DNA of 64,000 bases from Laetmonice hystrix (taxonomy: Eukaryota). This document shows positions 27,273 through 43,300 of this stretch, one piece after another (within the stretch, counting starts at the first letter, position 1; each line of letters begins with the position of its first letter). The stretch spans positions 10,602,001-10,666,000 of the forward strand of contig OZ249437.1 in the NCBI GenBank assembly GCA_965235115.1. The letters run 5' to 3'. Below the pieces are notes generated by a model. The model had not been told where the DNA came from, ran no database searches, and worked only from the letters and a program-made list of their open reading frames with translations. The position numbers and the translations under genes were made by a program.

Positions 27273-28306
27273 GAGCCTGTCTTGGCGCGCAGTTTACAAG
27301 AGGCCCAAGGTCTTCCCTCTGACACATGGACTTCGTCACCGATGGACGTCAATTTTCCAGCACACTGCCCAGTTCTGGCTGACGGCGTTCAGACACAACA
27401 GTCCCAATACCCGGGGCGACATCGCTCTTTGATGTCGATTCTGACTTAATTGACCAAATACTAACAAATATTATCCTCAATCGACGAATCAATAACAAAC
27501 AAGCCAAACTACATCTGCTTTACATATTAACATCTGACGCCCTGTCCTTTGCCCGAGCTACAGAGTCCCTTAAGATGATGATGAAGACCTCAGAAATACC
27601 GACGAACGGTCGAGCTCATTAGCGCTGGCCTTCAAAGTCAACCCATCGTAACCATAATATACAGACACATGGGCTGAGGAGATGGCGATGACAGCAACTC
27701 ATGCAGAAAGGTGCGGAGACTTTGAGCTGAGCACCTCATCGATGCTGTAATCATTGTCGGTTGACCTAACTCTATCTCATTCCGTCCCCTACTCAAGGCT
27801 CAGCGACTACTAGAAGCCATCACAAATCCCACACTCCCTGAGGGGCGCAAAACAGCGCAATTATGGCCAGAATAATGTCTGTATCGGCAAAAGTGCGAAT
27901 CAGAATCAATTAATTTCAACGGCTGATTTATGGGTGGTGTACCGTTAAGCGGTGGGGAATGGTAACAGACTTTGTTACTGGAACCTCCCGTTACTGAAAC
28001 TCTAACGACAGGACACAGTTATCGTTGAGGGACTAAAGGCTGCAATTGATGCAAATTCCATTTAGGGCACTGGACAAAACGGGGCTGACCCTTGAACCGG
28101 TGTTCGCCTGGAGACTGGGAGGTCAACACGATTTTGCAGGCGCGATAATGGGGTTGCCTTCATTCAAAGCGCTACATTACCAGACTGACAAATGACACCT
28201 TGTCTCGGCCGATCTGGTCCAAATGTAACCGAAGCAAGAAGGCAATACACTGCCTCCATTTCCCCTCCTGCAAAAGTAAGCATGTGAAAATGTTTAAATA
28301 ACTCAC

Positions 28307-28505
28307 CTTCGTAATACTCCTCCTAGAAGTGATGCATTTAAACATTCCGGTGGTGATAGTCGTCTTTGAACTTCAGCTACTGTCACCTTGTATTTTGAGG
28401 TGCTGCTTAGCAACGAGAGACGGCCTGGTACACTGCAGAACACATCAGTCGGCGCTGTCACCCCTGAGATCACGATGTCTTTCTGGTCAGGTTTACGAAT
28501 ACCGG
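28307..28505 (-). CDS. TFAP2: AP-2 exon 4 (199 nt; N-terminal part of the basic DNA-binding domain)
   Basis: Acceptor tttttcttgcag|CC GGT and donor CGA AG|gtgagt. Encodes [65 protein letters not shown], the AP-2 signature sequence. Confidence 0.97.
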
Positions 28506-31256
28506 CTGCAAGAAAAACAATACATTTCACCGTTAGCTCTTCGCTTATTTTTAAAGATTTAAAGTGATGAAGGATGCTTCCAGAGCATGTAATTTCCTCG
28601 AAGTCAATTGCAGAAATCATATGATTTCTAAATGTCAGATTTTAATCACCATGCAAGCAAACCATTCCCTGAAATGCATGATCCGTGCATGATTATTTTT
28701 TGCTGGAGTTCTACAGATTTTCTCCTATAGCTGAAACTCGTAAGTATTAATTAGAATATACAGCATATAGCAATCAATGAGTACAAACAGTTATTATAAT
28801 AAACCACTTCATGATATGAGCCAGTGGGGAAAGAGACTGGCGCCAACTACACACATAAAGTTTCGTACAGAGGCGTATAGGGTAAAGAAGTTAGCACAAT
28901 ATAATGTACGAACATTGAAAAACATTGAATAACAACTTGAAATGTCTTTCACAATGCCATGTCGTTGCCATCGAAGTTAAAGCGCACACTAATTATTATC
29001 AGGACATCCAAGCCTCAGAATTATCTACTTGCGGTGTAGTATGCCCGACGACTTCTCTGGTGCTTAGCGAACAAATAAAATAAAACAAAGGTGTGTATAT
29101 GTTAGAGAATGCGTGCTGCCACTACCACCGAAAGGCATTTTATTTCATGTTAGAGCCACAAATTATCCTCCATATTTAGTAACACCGTGGATGTCAAATT
29201 TGACTCGCTACAAAAACCCAGCCAATATCCCTTTGCCCCCATAGAGAGGTCTAGGCCTCACCTCCCTTTTGTATATCGAGTCGCCATCAGTCATCAGGAG
29301 AGAGTCGGTTATCTCCGCTGGTCTGGCCTCAGCCAATGAATAGTTTACAGATACTGTATACTGATCTGAGACGATTTGACAAGTTGATTTGACAGTTTGT
29401 CCACTTAGTGCACCTTCAGCATTACGACCGTGTTTATATTTCGTAAGAGGCCAAGGCGCAACAAGTCATTGGAATGAAAGTAGGCACCGTCAACGGGACG
29501 TCACGGGCGTTCGTCAAACGTCTTAGGTGAGCAGCCTTAACGTGTGAAGTACTCCAGTCTGCCCGCAGAGATGCCCCAGAGCCGGGTGCATTAGCTCTGC
29601 CCTCCGGTCAAAACATGTATAATATCTCCCGTGAACTGCAGGGACCCCATCTTCCACTCTTAACCGAATAATATGTTTCCATGAAGAAAGGACGTAAAAA
29701 TTGCAGACGGAAAACAGCCGCACTTTGGGGCTTGGGAGCACGTCAATCTAACGTGTACTCGAGACAAGGGGATGGTGGGTAAGGTTAGCCTCAGTGACGA
29801 CGACTGTTGACAATGAACACGAAACAATTTGGACGTGCCCGGTCATATTTAAAACAATGGAGGTTGTTGCAGTACAAACAGCAGCGACAGTTGTGGCAGT
29901 TGGTGCGGTACTGCGGCCGTCTCACCACGACGTGTTCTATGACTTAACGTAATTACGTCAACAATGACGCTGCCTGAAGCCGGCCACTGCCAACCTGGAT
30001 AAGGGCAGTCATATGTAAGCGTTCCACTTGTCTCAATAACGAAAGGTTCTACCCCAGACTCTCCTATATGGGTATTGTATACTTCTAACTACGATGTAGA
30101 CATCTCATGCTTATCATGTTACAGAGGTATAGTAAATGTACATTAAATAGATCCTACTCGCTTGAGGACGAATTCTAGTGTCTTGATATCATGGTCGCAA
30201 GATAAAGCATATAGATATGTATCTTATGACATCATGCTTCCATCGAAGTTCAGTTTGAAAGTATCATGAACCATTCTGTTGTCTGTAGTGCGCCAATTAA
30301 AATGCCATATCTTATTGCGCACATGTATTCATGAACCTCTACCCCCCAAGGCGCGGACCATGTGCACAGGGGGTATACTAATCGCCCCCTGCAAACTTTG
30401 AGGTCAAGACACGACCAGCTGTCCACCTCAGGGTACAAATCCCAGCCTGACCATGGCCCCACGGCTACTAATTAACAGATATGACGTGAACTGATCGTCT
30501 CCACCAACAAACAAGTGACACGCCTTTAAAGTAATTCGTAAATAAACCCCATATTGTTTTCTTCCACTGTCTCAAAAACGTCAAATGATATCTTACTTAA
30601 AGGCGTGTTTGGACCCGCGCATAGCTTTAATGCTTTAATAGCCGGATCACTTCCTTTACATTGAAAGCTCGCCTTTAATAAACTGTTCGTGCATGCCGAC
30701 ATCATACGAGGAAGTCTCGTCTCCAGGGACTGCCCCGTTTAAGAAAAGTCCCCCTGTATGCTCGCAGGAGATGGACTAATCATACAGTGATCCACACCCA
30801 TCGTTTTCTGTGCCATACGAGAGCCACGACCAGTCCCTGAACGCAAGGCTCTGTTCAGGCAAAGAAACGCCACCAGTGTTGCCCCCACAAGTACAATCGT
30901 TTCTAGTAATTTTCCCCAAGGCTGCACAGCTATTGCAGTCTTATTCATTTGCGCGCCTGGTCGCACAATCCACCCTTATTATCATTAATCAGAAATATGT
31001 CATTTGCGGTGCGAATATCACAAAGAATCTGTTCCATGGTCAGCCCTATTATTTGTTATATTGGCGAGCAGGTTGTCCATTGCCAATATATGTGAGGGTG
31101 TATATAGAGTGGGGACTTTATTCGTGAATAGAGCGGAAGTGTGCACATGGTGCAAGACGTGGACGGGTTCCATGGGCCTTCTGTATACAATGGGCATAGT
31201 TGGTCCGACATGAGAATTATCGCACTGTCCGATTCAGGCTTGTGACACTTGGGCGT

Positions 31257-31323
31257 GGTCAAGTCAGACACCTCGGAGTTGGTGTTAAGGTCAAGTCAGC
31301 CACCTCGGAGTTGGTGTTAAGGT
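31257..31323. repeat. 32-bp tandem duplication (1 mismatch)
   Basis: ggtcaagtcag(a/c)cacctcggagttggtgttaa x2. Confidence 0.9.
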
Positions 31324-34300
31324 AACAATTATACATGCTCGTATACAGGTAAACCATTTATCTTTGATATGAAAATATTAACAGGTAGTATTATAATATT
31401 ATAATATTATCATGTCATTCTAGTTATGGATCAGTCTTCGCTTATTTCACACATAAACACGGGAAAACTGATTGATTAATAAATAACGTGTGAAGCATTG
31501 TATTGGACGAAAACATAAACGAAAAAAAATGTTATAAGGCTATCGATGCACACAAAAAGAGCGTTATAGTCGTGTCTGATGCGTATCTATAGAAATGTCA
31601 TAGGTCTATGTATGCAATTAGATCCACCAAACACGCTCATTCCATCGTGCAAATGAAAATCAATTGGTATAAGTAAGACACAATCGAAGGAGAGAACGCA
31701 ACACACAAAAAGGGAGAGACAGATAGAACACAAGCTTCAGGCATTAGTGGATTGGTTACAATATCGGCATGGTTACGATGACGTAACAGGCGCAACATGT
31801 TCTTAATGAGAGAGGTATATATATATACACGTGGAACACGCTAATGATGTATTTGGTTGGTACATACATGTAAATGTAGATCTCGGTAACGCATGGAACC
31901 ACGCAGAACGAGGAGGCCCTGCATAGGAACATAAAGTCGCAGAAGTTTAGAATTCACATAGTTCGTCCTTGGATTATGTATATATAATATAGGTTATTGT
32001 TATTGGTTTGGATTGTATACAGTTTTATCATACATCATCATCTTTTATATCCGATTGACAGGTGTGGTTCCATGACTGCTGTTCTTTTCCTTTCCTTTGT
32101 CACGTCACTAAAAGAAAGTCGGTTTGGATTCCGTGATTGTGTATAAACATTTATGGTGCATGGTATAAAGTGTAAGACGTCATTCAGTATAGTGTACAGT
32201 GGTAAACGTATGGTTTGTGGTTATTATGCGGCATTTTATATACAGCAGTTCACGGGTTGTCCAATGAAAAAGGACAGTCCGTCTGAAATAGTTTTCATTG
32301 GCATTTTTATTATAATCCGCAAGGGGTGTTATGTGTTTTTCTCTCTCTTTCATGTTACTCTCCCTCTCTCTCCTTATGCGTTAATTTCAAGGATACGTCC
32401 AGTGGGATGGAATAGCGAGAGTTTAAGACAATGTTTCTTGAGAAAAGGAATCGTTGGAGAGATCGATACAGTTTCATTATGTGCTACTAATTACTGGCCG
32501 GGATACGGCCGTGTCTAGGCCAGACACGCGGCCGTGCGGTGCACGTGCTTCAGTTGACAGGAACATTACCGAATCAAAAATGATGTCCACCTACCGGCAG
32601 CGTTCTAATTATGCTCTGTAATGAATGTGGAGCGTTCAATGACACAATCTATTCGTCTCGAACATCTCAATTATACTGCCCGACAGTCCTGGCCGGTGGC
32701 AGCGGAATTACCTTTGTACATAACCTAGCTCCACAATAGCAGCGAATGGAGGCCATCCAACAGCAGTAACAGGGATTATATACCCAGGGTCAGTCTTTAA
32801 CCCATCGTGCCCCCAGCTTCGCAGCATCTTTTAGTTAAAACCCACATGACGGCCCAAAAAATTGCATTCATGGAAATTGTGCGGAAAAGCGTTGTGTCTG
32901 ATTATGAGAAGGTTGTGTGCCGTTGGACTGGTGGTCGCAAGGCCGGTGTGAACTATGGCGTAGCGAGTGCTTTGTTTCCAGCCACTCTGCCGTGCTTTGT
33001 CGCGCTGGGAGGAAATTTGAGAAGACTGGAACCTTGAGCAAATGAAATTAGGCCCCGCGCAAAGATGGGGGGAAGGGGGGTGCTACAAAGAGCCAAGGGT
33101 GCCCAATTCATTTCAATATGCCGCTGACTCGTTCAATTTTTCACTGGCCGTGCGCGTACACACCTTTCACAGCGTTTTCCGATGGAGATCCACCATGGCG
33201 AGTATTGATCAGTGGCCCCGGGCTATGGGGGACCGAGGCCCGGCGGCGGTGGCAACCCTGGCTCACTCGGTTCGTCCCCAAGGGGCAAATACGGCTGGTT
33301 CAACCCCCCCGACTGCCATGGAGGCTGACCGGGTGGTGCACACCTCACGTGGATCCTATAGTGTGATGATGAAGACCTGCGTTTGCTCTCCGTGTATCAT
33401 AATACCAAGGACCCAACAGGTTTTATCTCACTCGCTAACCACCGCAAACCGTCTGGGAGTATCACAATGATGAAACAAAGTCATTCACGCTGGCTTATGT
33501 CTCAGTGGCTCTATTTGTTATATCACAGACCCAGTTCACAAAAAATAAAAACCCGATTTAATGAGTCAGCCCGATTTATATACACGATACTATGGGATGT
33601 AGTGGCATTGACAAAGATTCGAGTCCAGGGTAAAAACAAAAGAAAACCTCAAGACAGGTGTGGCCTATTAATTATGACAACTATAGTTCAGTTGCCCTCA
33701 GTGCCGTTCCACAGTATGGTGTAAGCATTACGACATGTGCGTCAATGGAAACGTAACAGTCGGCTGACAATTAAAAAGGCATCACCAGGTCGTATACATA
33801 ATGATTACATGTAATGATGTATGAACACTATCTCTATGTCATCCCATCTTACATGTTTTCATACTCATTATCGAGGTCTCAGTCCCTCTACCATACACAA
33901 CCATAACTATACATTTATTAAACACACCACACATTTATTAAACACACCTTATACATTTATTAAACTCCTTCTTTTCCTGCAGAACTGCGCTTAATGGTCT
34001 CCCCCGATAAAAACGTGGTCTCTATACATCTTAGGTGTGTGGTGTATTTATAGATTTAAATAATAACGAATAAACTAGGGAGGCACTGCACTAAAGGATG
34101 AAAGTTAAGCGCGTAAAAATAGATTTTTCTGTTCTAGACGACTCCTTACTTGTTCTTCGATTTTCCCTTGAATTTCCCCTCATAGAGTTATTTGACGTAC
34201 ATGTACAAATGTATATGAGTAAAGATTTGATCACGTGACACAGCTGTCGCGAGGGGTGGGGTGGGGTGGGGGTTGAGCCCCTTGCGTCCATATAGGGACG

Positions 34301-37300
34301 AACACAGTACAACATTCCGGGAATGTGGCCTGTATTGTTGTTTCGCGTTTCCCATTACGACAAGGAGACCCAGTCCGTGTCCAACTGTTGGGTAAATCTC
34401 TCCCTGCTGACAGACATTAGCCACGAGCTGGTCGGAGCACGAACAATGGTGCACGGAGTAAGGGTGGGAGGAGCGGGAGGGCTGAGAAGGGCCCGGATGG
34501 ATGGCTAACCCCCTCCCCCTGGCGGTCGGTCCGCCGGGGGAGGGGCACCAAGGTTGGGTGGGTCCCTCCTGCCCGACAGCGGAAGGGACGCCGATCCGCC
34601 AACACACAGCCTCGACACGGAAATGAACGTCTTTCCGATGGGCAGCGGCAAATTGGCTGCTGCTCATTACCGTGTCCAGACGGAAGGATAATCCGCATGG
34701 GAGGATGGTGTGTGGATTAAAACGTGACCCACACACCCGCCGTGGATGATCTGAAACCAGCATCGTTAGGTTTGTATCCATGGTCGTGACAAACGTTTCA
34801 AACGTCTTTCTCCCTTCATCAAGTCGATCATACAAAGAAGCTATGCATACTCCACCATGGATGCGAAGGTTTCAGTTTTGTTCAACCCTGTATAAACGTC
34901 AACAAGACCTCGTGGACCCTCATTAGGAAATAACAAAGAGATTTCTCTCTCAGTGGCACACATAGTTCCACATCCTGTCCGGCAGTGTGCCCTCACTTCA
35001 TCATAACGATTTAGGCTAATGAAGAACGCGCGTCCGTCTTGCAGCAGACGACATGACGTGATAATCAACGCGTTCCTCACTGACTACATCAACGTTTCCA
35101 CAAATAAATCGGCAGGCGGAAGGCGATGAAAAGTTCCGAGGCTGTGGCCCTTATCTTCTCCGGCGCCACTCCCGGCTCCGTACACCGCTGTCAAACTAGA
35201 TAGAGGTCGAACGGCCGACCAAAGGAAAACACGGCCGAGTCGTTTGATAACGAAACGAGTAACACCGACGGCGCCCGAGAGTGGTAAATACAAGGTGTGC
35301 TGATTGTTACAAGGCACCATTAAATCTGTCTGTATTTCTTTATATGTCTATTTCACCTTCACATGCCTCCTAACTTCTGTCCAGACACAGAAACTTCTCT
35401 TGTCACTTGTACGTATAGAGATTACTTAAAATGGTTTGAAATTTGCGCCTGTGACCTTTGCCAGCGCGCTAATTAATGGCGACCTTTTGCGATTTCCGGG
35501 CCCAGTTGCATGGAACTCTAAATTGGGCGAACACGACAAGAGAATACAGTTGTGAAACCTGGAGGATCCCAACCAGTTGCCAACTCAGTGAATCTCCCTC
35601 GGCAGCCCAGGCCTGCCATAAATCAAATTAGGACCGTCCCCACGAGATAGTTTTGAATGTAAATGTTATGAGGCTGAAATATTGCCGGCTAAGCCGGGCC
35701 GTAATCACAGCGCAACCCTGTTTACGCTGTATTTCATCACGTGCTTTGTGACCACTTGCGCGCGCACACTTATCCAATTAGCGGTCGTGATAAACATTAA
35801 GAACTTGGCTGGGCGATAATAAAGGTACGGACACGTGGATTGGGGTCAGGAGCATGCGCACTTTTCTCCTTAATGTTGACGGCAAACTCTACTTCATACA
35901 TTTCTCATCGAATCCGGAAATAACGACCATGAAGGGTCATTATGGCCGACCAAGTGCCAGAACTGCCTTGGCGTATAACTTCTTCAACATCTATCCATTG
36001 ATTTATTAGGCCTACATACTTTTCTGAAGACTCTTTGTTATACCGTTGCAGCGTGGGTGTGCGATCAGACCCATGGGGTTTATCACTTTGCTATACTGAT
36101 TAGATATTCTATGGCAGTCTGTAACATGTTAAATTGTAATAATTATAGTAAATTGCAATTGCCATGCAAATCTGTATCCGATGATGAGTGTTATTCGTGT
36201 CTATAATATACAAAATAAAGAACGGTGCGTATATCTGTGTTGTTATAGGTGTTTCTCAAGTGTTGCATGTTTAAGTAATGCAGCGTGCATGCACCATGAT
36301 ATGTGACCGGCTGAAAGTGGTTCTGTCTGGTTCTGTGAATGATTTCAGTCGGATTGAGAGACAGCCAGACGATGTACACGGTCGCAGGAGATCCAGGTGA
36401 AGCCGAAATCTCCGCTCCATTGAGGCCGCTCCATTTGTAGGATTTAAAGAAGTCATGGTTGGTTACCAAGTCGTAAATACGACCACACACGTTGTCGCTC
36501 ACCGAACTGAGAATCATGAATTCCAGTAGCCGAGATCTGCACGGATGGTGGTACGCCACTCAATCAAGATTACAACCAGCACCAATGTTAATCACAGACC
36601 GTGTCAATGCTCACGGGACCAAACTCTGCCACACGCATAAAGACGATGTTGTTATAATATCCGCATTGCAATCTTCTTGAAAGGGGCATAATTTAATGCG
36701 AGCGGTTCAACAGTGCTTTTTTGTTATTAGTCAATTAGTCAGTTGGGGATGTTGGGGCGGCGTGGTAGCAGAAACACCCGGCCTAAGTCTGCCTTGCTCA
36801 TCTGTAGAGATCGAAATCCGATCGTTGGAATCATTTTCTATCACACCCGCACAATCAACGTATTAATGGAACATCTTCGATTTTTAGTTTCGCTCGTATT
36901 TCTTTGTCGGCTTCTCGTTTACACGACCGATCTGATCTTACGACGACTGACAGGCACACCCTAGTGATCCTAGCAGTGCCGTCTGAGCTTCGTTCAGCTA
37001 CGTCAGTACTAAGCAATAACACGGCGTCACTTGTGCAGTGAATACGCCGTGTGTATTTCTACCTGACGAAATCGGACGACAGCCAGTGTCAGCGATACAG
37101 AGGCGGCTTGTATTTTCGCCGAGTCTTCTTCGCCAACATCAGAGAGCGGTCGGTGGCCGCGCCGCCAGCCGGCCTCGCGTCTCTTCACGCCTCCGGGCAT
37201 TGTTTTGGGCCCTCGAGCAGCTTCCCTTCGGCTTCAAGGGAAAAAACGGCGAAATCGCGCACCGCTGCAACTGACAGTGTTGTGTATTGCAATGCGCGCA

Positions 37301-40300
37301 TTGGCGGGCGCCGACCTGCACCCATATCCATAGGACGCACGCGAAGACTTGTTAAAATAAATATTGATCACATCTTCAGTTTTTAATCTAAAGCAGCCGT
37401 GAAATTTGATTCCGTTTCAACTGCGCTCGGCCTTCCAGATAAATCAACTCAGCGACCCGTTTGTGTGCTGTACCGACATCTATAAACGACTCATTTTTCG
37501 CTAGGCATTTTTAATTCTCACCTCAGGAGCTCGTTTAAACCTGCAGCCCTGGCCGATGGGGGGTGCTGCTGCAGAACGATGATGAAGACGATAGAAAAAA
37601 ATGAGCGTATATCTTCTCTTTTTTCGGAAGGGGGAATGTTAGCGGGAGCTCAGACTTACGTATTAATCATTCCCTTTAATAACTATGATATGTTATACCG
37701 CGCCAAGCGTCGTCCGCTCCAGTTTTACTTGTTATTATCCGAGGAACATTACAGAAACCAACAAAAAACGCGGTAAGACTATAGAGTAGGAAAAACAACT
37801 TGGGGAAGCCATTATCAACTTTAACGCGTGCACTGTTCTATTCTTTGACACGCGAGTGTAGATCTACAGCAGGCCTATGGATGATCCAGTCAATCGTGCG
37901 ATTATACAACATGGTATACGGCCACTGATGGCTGCCGTCAGCCCCACCCCACCCTACACCCCAGCCCCTAGCCGGGCACACACAGACACACAGACAATGT
38001 CAGAAAGCTGCGACAGCGCGGAAAGATCAAAGACTTGTCAGCCTAAACAAACAAGAGATGAACAAAGGATCAGGTATCACCCAGACTGAGCACGTTGTGG
38101 AGGCTGGTCGGGCTGGCCATGGAGCCGGGTCAGGAACACTGCCTGTATCCACCAAACTGGTCCAACTCCCGGTCACTTCTTTTAACAACGGTTAACGAAA
38201 AACAACACAAGACAATAGGATGCTGCACTAAAAATAATTCCTGCCAACTACACAAAAAAGTCTCGTCCTTCCCGCATCGCGATGAAGGTGTACCGACCAG
38301 CCTACTTTTATTAGATAGTGACAGGCTGATCCGACCCTTGGGCCGAGGGGGAGGGGTTAAATATTATCGGGTAGCACGGCCCGGCCTGGCCGGCGAGTAC
38401 GCTAGGCCCCCTCAGGCGATCCGCACCCATCAAAGACCGTCTAGTCACAGACTGGGTCCCTCCACCCAATGTGGAACCATGCACTGCCAGCTAGACCCAC
38501 ACATATTGTGGGTCTATTTGCGCCATGGTGCCCCAGGCTGTCCACATGTGGACTGTACTTGCACTGTGCATGTAGTCTCATCGGTGGACCATATTGGAAT
38601 CTGACGATGGGACAAACAGACTATGGAGAAAGGTCAAGGGTCAGAATCTCAACCTATGATAGACAGATCTCTATAGTAAAATAAAACATGGTGTCAAAGG
38701 GATAGTATACAGGTTTTGGCATACTATAAAATTCTGTTGTTTTGAAACAATTTTAACTTCTTTACAGGTACTTTATGTGGCTACAACATAGCCATACTGT
38801 CGAGATGAAGAAGCTATTCCGTTACTTTCAAGTGAAATTAATTACTTTTTTATTGTCATCAGAGGTATTCAGCATTTTTTATATACTGTGCATGAATATG
38901 CAACGGCCTAATTATCTATGTACGAAATCTTTGTGTTGGACATAAAATATGATATTTGACAGGTGGTTTCCAGGCGGATGTGTTGACATGTGAGGTAACT
39001 CTTTATAAATTATACATTAACATAGTAGTAGAGCTTTTTAACATTTTACTATTGGAAACGGTTGGAATGAGAAGTTTTTAAACGCCTATTTTGATAGTCT
39101 GCATGGAATACCTATAATTGTATAGGGCGACCTTTGACACATGGGTACGTATAAAGTCGATATCTGTTGGATTTATTTCTATATAGTTATTTTGTATAAT
39201 GTACACAGGTTTTTCGCAGTGGATGAGGTCAAGCTGGGGGTTAAGCTTGCACTGTGTTGCATCAAGTTTAAAGTTGCTACTCCAAGCCTATAATTTTGTT
39301 GGCCTATACGTGGCTTAATCCTTACTTAATGTATGTCTGCTTGACTTTGAAATGGAAATTTGGAAGAAGAAGAAAAGAGAAGCGGTTATTTATCACGAGA
39401 GTTTGTTTCGTCTTTGGAAATTTGCCATTTGAATTACAAATCTGGCGACGGCCTACGGTTGGCCCGGCCTTTCGGCTGAAATAGGAAAGGTCATTTGGCA
39501 TCTCTTTGATGTTTGCCGATAATGTATCCTTAATATACATCTAGGTCAACGTCTTTCGTGCATGTTTATACAAACGTCGCGATGTCCTCAAAGAAATGCC
39601 ATCTTGGTTAAAACCATAAGAGATTCACCTTAATATATAGAAAGATGACTTGCTTTCTATTTGAGACATTTGAATTCAGAGTTATTAAGAAAGATCCATT
39701 ATTTTCTATGTATTTAAATTAAACTACTCTTATTGTTTAAACTATAGGCTGGAACTTCTTTAGTCATCATATATTTCTCTCCAGTAAAATGTTGTTGAAC
39801 AAGTCATCTCCGAACTGTTGGGCATTGATCTGAATTGGCAGGATCCCTTCTATTTATATAACTGATTGGGGCGTAGTTATACTCGTCCTCCCACCACGTT
39901 CTCTGCCGTCGCATGCTGTGGCTGTTTTGATCTTGTTTAGTCGTGCAGACGTACGACCATCACCAATGAGGAGATAAAATGAATGTCGGTTTTATTACAC
40001 TGTTTGCGATTAGCCCCGACCGATGCTCTCAAATTATCGTCCACTTCCGTCAGTCGCGTTTCATGCCTTCTTCTCGGAAAATCGAATATAAAAAAACCAG
40101 AAGCGGCGCCATATGGTGCTTCCTTTAAAAGACAACGCCCATGTGTCAAATCATGTTATTGTGATTCCAGCGTTGGTTCGCAAGCCGACCGACTCGCCAC
40201 GCCGCGGAGTCAATTTATCCGACGGAGGAAGCGAGTAGAGACAAAGAAACTGTCGTTGTGGATTGGCGAGCAAGGCGCTCTGATTGTCTTTATTCACCGG

Positions 40301-43300
40301 GCGTGGGGTTTTTGGTGGGGGTGTGTTTAGTGGGGTGGTAGTGGTTGGGGGCTGCATGGTATTGATTCATATTGCGATCATAAGTTGTATCTTCACCCAC
40401 GGCACCATGTCATTTCAACTAGTTTGGGAGTGAGACGTCGGCTGTCTGCAGTGCCTTGCTGTGACGCGTGACAAATATAACGTCGATATACATATCTACA
40501 CAAGACATCACAGATGTAACTTTACCGTGCTGTAACTTCACATTCCATGAGGCACGGTTGGGAACAGTTTGCACTTGCATGTAGTAGTGGGGGCCTATAC
40601 GGGTATGCGGCTCAAAACTTGTTTTCAAAGACAAGCAAATTAAAAGCGTGGAATCTAACAATGCAGTATGTCATCGTCTCTCCCTCTATAGTAATTACAA
40701 ATATCACCATGCACTGCCCACCATATCGGCAATCATATTCATACAAATTTATTGAACGTATTCCATTCGCTGTTTATTAATGGAGACACCTGACAGATAT
40801 TTTTATGACAATGGTCACAGTGCTCTCTATCCTTGAACAGACCTTGACAGTCAGACGACTCTCGGGTCATTTTGTCCATCTGAGTGATTGTGACGAAATT
40901 TAATGAAAGACTTGTCTTCGCCTGGCCCCCTCTGACCAAATTCACCATGACAGATGTAATAGATAGCATAGCACACATGTTCCTGTTGGCTGAGCCACCC
41001 GACCGTTCGGGTTCTGTGGCCCTTTGCAATAGGCGTGGTCGAGTATATAGGCCTACGTGTCGCGTGAACAAATACTTCAGTCAGGGGCTGATACCTCTGA
41101 GTTCAATGTCAACTAATATATCTGTCAGATATTTCATGAAGTGGAACTGATCAGCAAGGTTGAATATGTACATATGTATGTACATTTATATATGTCGTAC
41201 GAAATGTATTGAAACATTGTCAATGAGTGCACACATGCAAATATAACATTATACATGTATATATAATATAGGTATATCCTCCAGCAATGTCATTAATAAT
41301 TGCACGTTGCCACATGTATAGGCGCACTTCACTATACAGGTACGAATTAGAGTAGGTAATAATGTTACCTGCTCATTGAATGATACACCACTTATAGAGA
41401 TGTTCGCCTACAATATACGCGCCAACCCCATGGAATGCACTTGGTTGATATCAATAATTCAAGGTAGTTAGGAACACGATCATATCGCACCAATCAATGA
41501 CGATTCACACCCAGCCACAATGATACACATCTCGCAATCTCTCGCCGTCCGCGATCTCGCCGTCATCTCGCGCTGATCTCGCTGTGTTCTCGCGGTAGCC
41601 GTCACCCGTCCACGGCCTGTATAGATACGTCAGTCGGTTGTTCGGGTCGGAGGGCGGTGAGAACTTCCCGCAGTGTTCACGGCACAGATTAGGGGTCTAG
41701 TCGTTGGGTGGACCGCGGGGGGCAAGCTGTCGGCACCTGGACCAGGGGCCTGCACGCTTGACGGACCAGCCAGGTCTCTCGCAGCGTGCGTTCACGGCAA
41801 GTCGGGTGGAAAAGGGGCAACCCTCCCTCTCTCTCCAACCCCCCCCCCCACCCCCTCCAACCTACCACTCCACACTTCTACCGTCAGAATCACACACGCA
41901 CCTGCTAGTACCAGCGGAGATTTCAGTCAGCGTATAGTATATAGCAATCAATGATTTCATGCAACTTGGACGAGCCACGCGACTGACACGGCTAACTTAG
42001 TAGACTGGCGTAAGGCCGCGTGCTCCCCCGACCTTAATGCTGATTGAACCGGCCACGTAATCACACTTTCCGTGTGCCCAACAGCGGTTCATAAATAAAA
42101 AATGAGCGGTTTTTTTTTCACTGAGTGAAATATAACTATGTGCATGTCGGTCCTCCGCTAATGGAACTGAATCATACTATGCTTTAACTCTGACTAGAAG
42201 TGGCATGCATTGCGAGTGATGGTCGCATATCTTTGGTAAATTTGTATTTGACGACCTTTGTACACAAAATGACGTGACGTATACGTCAAGCAGAACTTAA
42301 TTTGATGTAAAGAAATGTCTGACTTCCAATGACGAAGTTGGGGACACCAGCGCTGACATATACTGACCTGACAATGGTCCGACAGGCAGCTGGGGTCAGC
42401 ATCTAGCGCTAGTCGTCATTGTCAGTTAATCGTACGTCACACTGGGCCCAGCCGATGCCCAAGATGACATCTCCACCTTTGTGCTGTTGTTAGAACATGA
42501 CGGTAAGCACGTCCTCGTCTGCTAACAAGACGTGCTCTGAACGTGACCAAGACCAGTCACTGGCCGTCGCCCTCCTATTTGAATTTGAAGCACACCTCGT
42601 ACATGCCCCCCCCCCCCGCGTCCACTGTCCGCGTCCCCCACCCCTCAGACTCCCACGGTAATGAGGCAAGGCAGTACGCCAAAGTGCTAATTGACGCTTC
42701 ATTAATGTTTGACTTCGTCATTTTCGGCGGCGGTCGTCATTAACGACGCTGACTCTACAAGGCGTTGAAATGCGACTTTTGAAGGGGGGTTGTGATAACC
42801 CGGGTTAGCCCTGACACTGGATAATAAGCAGACGATAAGGGGCCTTGAACGTGGGGTAGACCGAGTTGGTTTGTGGGCAACTGTCACCTCCAGCTGTCTC
42901 CCGGCCTCGCTCGACACGTGACGTAGTGGCACTGTGAATGTCCGTATAAGACAACTGTCGACCCACCACCGAGGTGGGGTTCTCTGCTGGTGGTAAGGTT
43001 ACCCTTCAGTGTCATTGACATCATCAGCAGCCAGTACCCCTATCAGACCAGCGGGTGTACGGAGAACCTTGATACAGCACGGAAACAGTCGACTCCCGCC
43101 CAGACTGCGAGCTGTTCCATCACGTCGTCGGCCGCCATTGCCTAATTGATGCCGAGCAGACGACTTAACGCGACGCGACCCTCACACTCCTTGCATCACC
43201 TTCGCAATTGCGCGGGCAATTGTTGTTCATTGATTAACACTCATACGGATCTGCCTTTCGTTTTGGGAGCTCCAGCTCAAGATCGAAAGATCCCTCCCTT

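Noticed and set aside
32505-32535. Bulged 12-bp hairpin acggccgtgtct-aggcc-agacacgcggccgt
   Set aside because: Too short for a pre-miRNA or MITE, with no target-site duplication or second copy seen.
34188-34835. 215-aa minus-strand ORF; also the 181-aa (21453), 169-aa (38095), 160-aa (47388) and 141-aa (60273) ORFs
   Set aside because: No recognisable motifs such as reverse transcriptase or transposase. The lengths are plausible by chance in GC-rich intron patches.
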